Positions 56,900 through 64,000 of a DNA stretch of 64,000 nt are shown here, piece after piece (the stretch's first letter is position 1; the number at the start of each line of letters is the position of its first letter). The notes beneath the pieces were generated by a model, which saw only the letters and a list, made by a program, of their open reading frames with translations, was not told where the DNA came from and ran no database searches. A program made the position numbers and the translations under genes. Source of the stretch: Isurus oxyrinchus (lineage: Eukaryota); assembly GCA_026770705.1 (NCBI GenBank), contig JANJGN010000016.1, positions 87,854,001 through 87,918,000 on the forward strand. The letters are read 5' to 3'.

Positions 56900-58370
56900 T
56901 CACGGCTGCTGGACAATCTTAATGGGAGAGGGTGAATTGCCAGAGTTTGTGGTTCACATTGTTTCCAATGACATTGTTCAAAAGAGGGATGAGGCACTGA
57001 AAGCAAATTTCACAGAGCTAAGTGAGTCATTAAAAAGCAGGAGTTCAGAGGGAGTAATCTCCCGGTTAGTGCCAGTGCCATGAGCTAGTGAGCATAGAGA
57101 AAGGAGGCTGGAGCTGATGAGTACATGGCTGGAGAGACAGTGTAGGAGGGAGGGGTTCAGTTTCCTGGGACATTGGGACTGGTTCTACAGGAGGTGGGAC
57201 CTGTACAAGCCGGATGGTTTGCACCTCAATGGGCCTGGGTCCAATATCCTTGGGGGAGGTTTGCTCGTGCTGTTGGGGGGTTTAAACTCGTTTGGCAGGG
57301 GGATGGGAACCTGAGAGTCGACTCAGATGGGGCAACATCAGAGCTGTAATGGAGGGCAGAAAATCAGAGTGAGTCTGGAAGACAGAGGAAACAAAAGATA
57401 GAAAATAACAAAGAGAATTGGACTTGCTACATACGACATACAGAGGAGCTGAGGGCACAGATAGCAGTGTGATATTATAGCGATTACAGAAACATGACTG
57501 AAAGAGGGACAGGAATAGCAGCTCAACATTCCTGGTTACAGGGTTGTTAGGTGTTTAAAAAGGGAGCGAGGGATAGACCGAATAATTACAGACCAGTCAG
57601 TCCATAGTGACTGTAGTCTTAGGGAATGTAGTGACTGTAGCTTTAAGATTTATTGTGCTGTGTAGTATCATGTGACAGTGTGAATGAATCAGTCTGAGCG
57701 CGGGGAACCTTAGTGGGACAGGGGGTGGGGAGGTGGTAATTTTTTGTGTTTAGTTGTGGATGTGATGGAAAAGTGTAACGGCTGCTGAAGCCCTGCAAAT
57801 AAAGTTCACTCTTTCTTATGAGAAATCTGTCTGGAAAATCAAGTCTGTAAACAGCCTGAGCTCAGTCGTAGGCAAATAATTGGAATAAATTCTGTAGACA
57901 GGATAAACTGGCACTTAGAAAGGCAGTGATTAACCAAGGACATCAGCATGGATTTGATGAGGGAAGGTCATGCCTGAATAATCTGTTGAATTTTTTGAGG
58001 AAGCAACAAGGAGGATTGATGAGGGTAGAGTAGTCACTGTGGTCTACATGGATTTAAACAAGGTTGTTGAAATATAAGAGCATGGGGCTTATTCTGGAAC
58101 TGTATAAATCATTAGTTAAATTTATAGTGATTGGGAGAAAGATTGATGGGAGATGAGGCTCTGGAACTCACGGTCTGAAAGGGTCACAGAGGCAGGAACA
58201 CTCAAACCATTTAAAAGGTGTCTGGATATGAACCTCAAGAGCCTTAACCTGGAGGACTACAGACCAAACGCTGGAAAGTGGGATTCGGCCAGACGGCTCG
58301 TATTTCAGTGGCACAGACATGATGGGCCGAGTGGTCTCTTTCTGTGCCAGAAACTTTCTATGATTTTATG
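56900..58370 (+). mobile_element. CR1 LINE, internally deleted (ORF1 esterase, ORF2 pieces, 3' tail)
   Basis: VVHIVSND..., WLERQCRREGFSFLGHWDWF...DGLHLNGPG, AITET, NYRPVS, QHGF.., EFFEE, WNSRSERVTEAGTLKPFKRCLD. Confidence 0.88.
57627..57853 (+). mobile_element. Solo-LTR-like insertion in the CR1 copy
   Basis: Starts TGTAGT and ends TAAACA, with AATAAA at 57798-57803. It interrupts the CR1 NYRPVS|L motif. No clean target-site duplication is visible. Confidence 0.4.
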
Positions 58371-58808
58371 TGGGCATCTCATTTCCATCCCCACAATATT
58401 GTCCGTCTCGACACTACATCAGCCTCTAGACCACAGAAACCCTTTCCCTGCTTGTCTTGCCTCCTAACTTCATTATTCTAATGTCCTCTCCTGGCATCCT
58501 TCATCCACACTCCATAAACCCCAAATTGCCCAAAGTGCAGAGTTCCATACACTGTCCCACACCAAGTGTTGTTCCAGCACTAGCACTGACATCACTGACC
58601 TGCCTGGCCTCACTGACCTGTTACCCATGTACTCACTGACCTGTTACCCCTCACCTTATTGACCTGCTCCACTATGGGGACAGAGATGGGGAGTGGGTCT
58701 CACTGGGTAACTCACAGGCAGGATGGGCTGAATGGCCTCCTTCTGTGCTGTAAGATTCTAGGTAGTGGACACGGTTCACAGTTTTCTCCCGTGTCAGTAA
58801 CAAACATC

Positions 58809-58838
58809 CAGCTGCTCTGAGCTCCTTCTTTCACTTCC
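58809..58838. promoter_or_regulatory. Candidate upstream enhancer (E-box plus Ets-IRF composite)
   Basis: CAGCTG 58809-58814; TTTCACTTCC 58829-58838 (GGAAGTGAAA on the minus strand). Confidence 0.4.
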
Positions 58839-58999
58839 TCTCTTGGTTACGTTTCAATCTTGCGATCGGACAATCTTTGCAGTTATTTTTTACACTGGGG
58901 GTTTCTGCTGTGGTCTGAATCTGTAATAATAACTGTCCGATCAGTGAAAAGAACAGCAGCTAAGAGCAGTCAGGACTGAGGAGGCAGGCTCACTGGGAA

Positions 59000-59165
59000 A
59001 CACATTGGGAAGATCAAAGCCATCGTCTTCAGCTCCCGATACAAACTCCATCCCTCTCCCTGAGCACTGTCTGCTGCTGAACCAGACTCTTCACAACCTT
59101 GGCCTCATCTTTCACCCCGATCTGACCCCCCAAATCCTCCACATCACAAAGATCAGCCACTTGCC
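59000..59165 (+). mobile_element. L2 LINE fragment
   Basis: NIGKIKAIVF...LNQTLHNLGLIF, homologous to the minus-strand L2 near 46560-46720. Confidence 0.65.
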
Positions 59166-59619
59166 CCGATAACTGGAATGTGCTGACTACACAGAAGGAG
59201 CGGTTTAACAAACAGGGAGGAGAAGAGTCAAAGACTTGGGGAGAGTAGAGACGGATGAGGGAAGGGACAGATAGGTGACTGACACAATTCAATGCAGAGG
59301 AGTTTGAGATGATGGGTTTGAGGGGGAAAAGTAGTGAAAAGATGGTGAAGGATGTGTAGAAGCAGAGAGAGCTTGGCTCCAATTCCATCATTCCCTGAAA
59401 GTGGAAGTGCAGATTGATAAAGCCTTGAATTAAAATGATCAACAGCGTTAGGAATGGACAAACTACAGAGAGTAGAAATGGGAAATCCAAACAGAGAATT
59501 CACTAACCATTCAGCAGCCTGTGGGGAATGAAAGTGTGGGTTGTAGTTCAAACTGCAGTTAATAAACAGGTGAATCTGTGGAGAATACAGGACGATGGGG
59601 AGAGAGCAGGGGAGTGGGA

Positions 59620-60500
59620 TTAGGAATATAGGAACAGGAGGAGGCCATGCAGCCCCTCGAGCCTGTCCCACCATTCAATTAGATCATGGCTGATCTGTAT
59701 CTTAACTCCGTTTCTCCAGCTTGCCCCATAACCCTCAATCCCCTTGTGTAAGAAAAACCTAACAAGCTCAGGTTTAACATTTTCATGTGACCGCCCTCTC
59801 CCAGCCCCAACAGCATTTTTTCTCAGGGGGAGAGAGTTCCAGATTTCCACTCCCCTTCCAGTGAAGAATTGCTTCCTGACATCACCCCTGAACGGCCGAG
59901 CTCGAATTTGAAGATTCTGCCCCCTCGTTCTCGACTCCCCCACCAGAGGACATGGTTTCTCTCCATCTACACTAATCAGATTAAGTCTTTATTCATCTTA
60001 AACACCTCAATTAGATCTCAGTTCAAGACAATACAAGCTGAGTTTATACAATCTGTCCTGACAACTTAACCCTTTTAACCCCGGGATCATTCAGGTGAAT
60101 CTGAGCTGTGCCCTCTCCATGGTCAATATATCCTTCCTGAGGTGCGGTGCCCACAACTGATAAATATTGTGGAAAGCTGAGGCTCCAGCACAGATCCCTG
60201 GGGACATCACTATTCACATCTTGCTCATTGGAGCACATACACATTATCCCTACTCTCTGTCTCCTGCCTCCTAACCAGTTCCTCATCCATGGCAACAGGT
60301 TTCCTCAAATTCCATCTGCTTCCATTATTATTCACAGTCTCTCATGGGGAATCTTCCCTAATGTCTCCTGGAAATCAATATCAATAACAATCCATAGATT
60401 CTCTCTAATCTACCATCTTGGTGACCACTTCAAAAATGTAACCAGGTTAGTTAAAGATGTCTGACCCTTTTTAAATCCATGCTGACTCTCTCTGATCAGT
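59620..60500 (-). mobile_element. CR1 LINE 3' fragment
   Basis: GESRTRGQNLQIRARPFRGDVRKQFFTGRGVEIWNSLP; WMRNWLGGRRQRVG; 3' tail. Confidence 0.88.
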
Positions 60501-61189
60501 TCATATTTATCACTCATTCTGTCTCTAATAACAGGTTCCAGTCACTTCCCCATAACAGACATTAAACTGAGAGGTTAGTTCTGAATGATCTGAGTGCACA
60601 GCTAGCACAGACACAAGGGGCTGAATGGCCTCCTCCTGTGCTAGAGGCTTATCAGGCTCCTTGACTGAAACATATGGATGGGAACAGGAGGTGGGCTGGA
60701 GCTTAAACAATGAGTTAAATGTAGACAGAGTGTCATTAGTGGGTAATGTACAGTGTACATTGTGTCCATGAGCCTCTCGAAAAGATGTCTTTCTCTTTTT
60801 CCCTTTTCAGCTCCAGGCCTCTCATTAAGGAGCTGAAAGAATATTTAGTGAAGAAGTTTGCGGAGTGTGCGGGCTGTGTGAAGGATTTCGGCAGTGACTG
60901 ATGATTGCAGCTCCTTGTTCAGTCTGCTCCTCCCTCACCACTGATCAAGACATGTAACCTCGTGTCACACTGAGTGAGATTACAATCAATATCATAGCGT
61001 CAGTCACAGAAAACAACAGCATCACAGTCTGAGAGACTGGGACAGACATCACTGCGTCACGTCAAAGAACAGAGCCCTGATCCCCTCCCACCATGCTCAG
61101 AAACCATAGAGCATCGAAAATATACTGACAAACACCCCCTTATATTCAACACTCACACCCAGAGAACATCTACAGAGGGACAAGGCAGG

Positions 61190-61321
61190 ATAGAGATTGA
61201 GAGAGAGAGAGAGAGAGAGTGAGAGAGAGACAGACAGATGGAGACAGAGGCAGAGAGAGGCAGAGAGAGAGAGGGAGGGTGAGATGGAGAGTTAGGTATA
61301 GAGGGACAGCGTCATAGAGTG
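61190..61321. repeat. (AG)n-rich microsatellite
   Basis: gagagagaga runs leading into the gap. Confidence 0.9.
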
Positions 61322-61456
61322 NNNNNNNNNNNNNNNNNNNNNNNNNNNNNNNNNNNNNNNNNNNNNNNNNNNNNNNNNNNNNNNNNNNNNNNNNNNNNNN
61401 NNNNNNNNNNNNNNNNNNNNNNNNNNNNNNNNNNNNNNNNNNNNNNNNNNNNNNNN
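61322..61456. other. Assembly gap (N)
   Basis: Run of N. Confidence 0.99.
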
Positions 61457-61890
61457 GAAAGACTCTGTGTCAGCTCCTGTACCTGCCTGAGTGAAGAAGT
61501 CTTATTATAATTCTATCGGACCTCGGTGAGACCACACCTGGATTGACAGGGTAGACAGTGACAGGGTGAGACTGGCATCTTCCCTCACTGAGTCCCTTGT
61601 GTTTTCTATCAATCCAGCAGGATTTATGGACAATTTCTGCAGCCAGAAAACAAATGATCAGATTTATCCAATTCCATTTCACTAACTCCCATTCCTGGGA
61701 TTTGAACTCATTCCCTCTGGGTTACTGGCTCAATCCCATTCCCGACAGGGAAGAAGTGGTAGTGTGGATTGAGAGAGGCTGCAAGGCAGGGAGCAAGGGG
61801 ACTGCATTAACCAGGGATCCACAGAGCAACAGGTTAGTCTGCACCAAACTGCAGTACAGGTGGTGAGAATGGACAGTAATCTCGTTCCAC

Positions 61891-62620
61891 CTGATCTCCA
61901 TCCCTCCCTCTGAGTGTCCGACCTTCCCCTCAGATACACACCTCCCTGATCTCCATCCCTCCATGTGAGTGTCCAACCTTCCTCTCAGATACACATCTCC
62001 CTGATCTCCATCCCTCCCTCTGAGTGTCCCACCTTCCCCTCAGATAGACACCTCCCTGATCTCCATCCCTCCCTCTGAGTGTCCGACCTTCCTCTCAGTT
62101 AGACATCTCCCTGATCTCCATCCCTCCCTCTGAGTGTCCAACCTTCCTCTCAGATACACACCTCCCTGATCTCCATCCCTCCCTCTGAGTGTCCGATCTT
62201 CCTCTCAGTTACAGACCGCCCTGATCTCCATCCCTCCCTCTGAGTGTTTGACCTTCCTCTAAGATACACACCTCTCTGATCTCCATCCCTCCCTCTGAGT
62301 GTCCCACCTTCCTCTCAGTAACACACCTCCATGATCTCCATCCCTCCCTCTGAGTGTTCGACCTTCCTCTCAGATACACACCTCTCTGATCTCCATCCCT
62401 CCCTCTGAGTGTCCCACCTTCCTCTCAGTAACACACCTCCATGATCTCCATCCCTCCCTCTGAGTGTCCGACATTCCTCTCAGATACACACCTCCCTGAT
62501 CTCCATTCCTCCCTCTGAGTGTCCCACCTTCCTCTCAGATACACACCTCCCTGATGTCCATCCCTCCTTATGAGTGTCTGAGCTTCCTCTCAGATACACA
62601 GCCCTCTGATCTCCATCCGT
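61891..62620. repeat. 55-bp minisatellite, ~13 copies, decaying into shorter CT-rich repeats to ~62765
   Basis: ctgatctccatccctccctctgagtgtccgaccttcctctcagatacacacctcc; starts at 61891, 61946 and onward. Confidence 0.95.
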
Positions 62621-63266
62621 CTCTCTATCTGACCTCAATCCCTATCTCTATCTGACCTCCATCCCTCTCTCTCTCTGACCTCCATCCCTTCTCTATTGGA
62701 CGTCCACCCCTCCCTCTAATTAACCTCCATCCCTCTCTCTATCTATCCTCATTCCCTCTCTCTAGTTTAGCTGCTGACGCTCAGATCTGACTCAATTACA
62801 GTTAATCCCGTTATGAACAGTGTCGGCCTATTTGGAATGTCAGTTTGATGAAGTCAGTTTGAGCCATTACTCCAAGGACATCACAGATGGTTTGTACATA
62901 GGGGAACCCACAAACCAGAGAATTGTGTCAGTAAACACAGAGAGAATGAAAGATACAATTAAAACTTTATTAATATGGTTATTAGAGCTGTGTCACTACA
63001 TAGTTAAAATGTTAGTGATGATATATCCTGCTGAGAAATATATAGAGAAGCCTGAGTAATAAAAAATATATATCATTTCATGTTACATTATTTATTACAA
63101 TAATATATTACAATTATATATTGTCTATATACAGTAATATATGCAGATCAGATAATTGTGCCAATGTATAAAGATCTAAAAAATGCAACAATAAAAGTTT
63201 TGGAATATGATGTTCAGCAAAATGTCATTTTTATAGTTTAACAATGGTTACTTATTGGTGAAGATT

Positions 63267-64000
63267 TACTTCACAATCCAGTCTATGTACTCAGGTAAAG
63301 CACACTTCACAATCCAGTCTGTGTACTCAGGTACATCACACTTCACAATCCAGTCTGTGTACTCAGGTACACCACACTGCACAATCCAATCTGTGTACTC
63401 AGATACATCACTATTCACAATCCAGTCTGTGTACTCAGGTACATCACATTTCACAATCCAGTCTGTGTACTCAGGTACACCACACTTCACAATCCAAACT
63501 GTGTACTCAGATACATCACTATTCACAATCCAGTCTGTGTACTCAGGTACACCACACTTCACAATCCAATCTGTGTACTCAGATACGTCACTATTCACAA
63601 TCCAGTCTGTGTACTCAGATACATCACTATTCACAATCCAGTCTGTGTACTCAGATACATCACACTTCACAATCCAGTCCGAGTACTCAGGTACATCACA
63701 CTTCACAATCCAGACTGTGTACTCAGGTACATCACACTTCACAATCCAGTCTGTGTACTCAGGTACATCACACTACACAATCCAGTCTGTGTACTCAGGT
63801 ACATCACACTTCACAATCCAGACTGTGTACTCAGGTACATCACACTTCACAATCCAGTCTGTGTACTCAGGTACATCACACTACACAATCCAGTCTGTGT
63901 ACTCAGGTACATCACACTTCACAATCCAGTCTGTGTACTCAGGAACATCACACTTCACAATGCAGTCTGTGTACTCAGGTACATCACACTTCACAATCCA
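63267..64000. repeat. 36-bp minisatellite, ~20 copies, runs off the window end
   Basis: cacttcacaatccagtctgtgtactcaggtacatca; 12-aa period (KCDVPEYTDWIV) in the ORF track. Confidence 0.96.

Noticed and set aside
63266-63742. 158-aa repeat protein (KCDVPEYTDWIV)n
   Set aside because: A 36-bp minisatellite that is in frame by arithmetic, with no start context or splice evidence.
54669-64000. CRISPR-like arrays
   Set aside because: The repeats are head-to-tail without unique spacers, the context is eukaryotic, and there are no cas genes.

Overview
Vertebrate genomic DNA, most likely from a cartilaginous fish (shark); this is inferred from the Ig sequence, the cluster organisation and the repeat families. 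The only intact gene is one unrearranged kappa-type (NS4/type III-like) immunoglobulin light-chain cluster on the minus strand. It comprises a leader exon (55670-55718), V exon (55189-55483) with a 12-RSS, a single J (54309-54343) with a 23-RSS, and a single C exon (48303-48631). Splice sites, TATA box, a variant octamer and poly(A) signals are all readable. Downstream of C lie two very large strand-asymmetric G-rich arrays: array A (1-~30410, core GGGTGATGCCGG) and array B (~37044-45530, 28-bp unit carrying the splice-donor consensus CAGGTAAGT). The rest is decayed mobile DNA (CR1- and L2-clade LINEs, a Penelope-like element with a hammerhead remnant, Harbinger remnants, a DeuSINE), minisatellites and two assembly gaps. 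The long Pro/Thr/His or Gly/Val ORFs are repeat artefacts. Best leads: the U1-site array, the G-rich arrays beside the cluster, candidate 3' and upstream enhancers, a stop codon created by a precise V-J join, and inverted CR1 copies bracketing V-J. No novel system can be proven from sequence alone.
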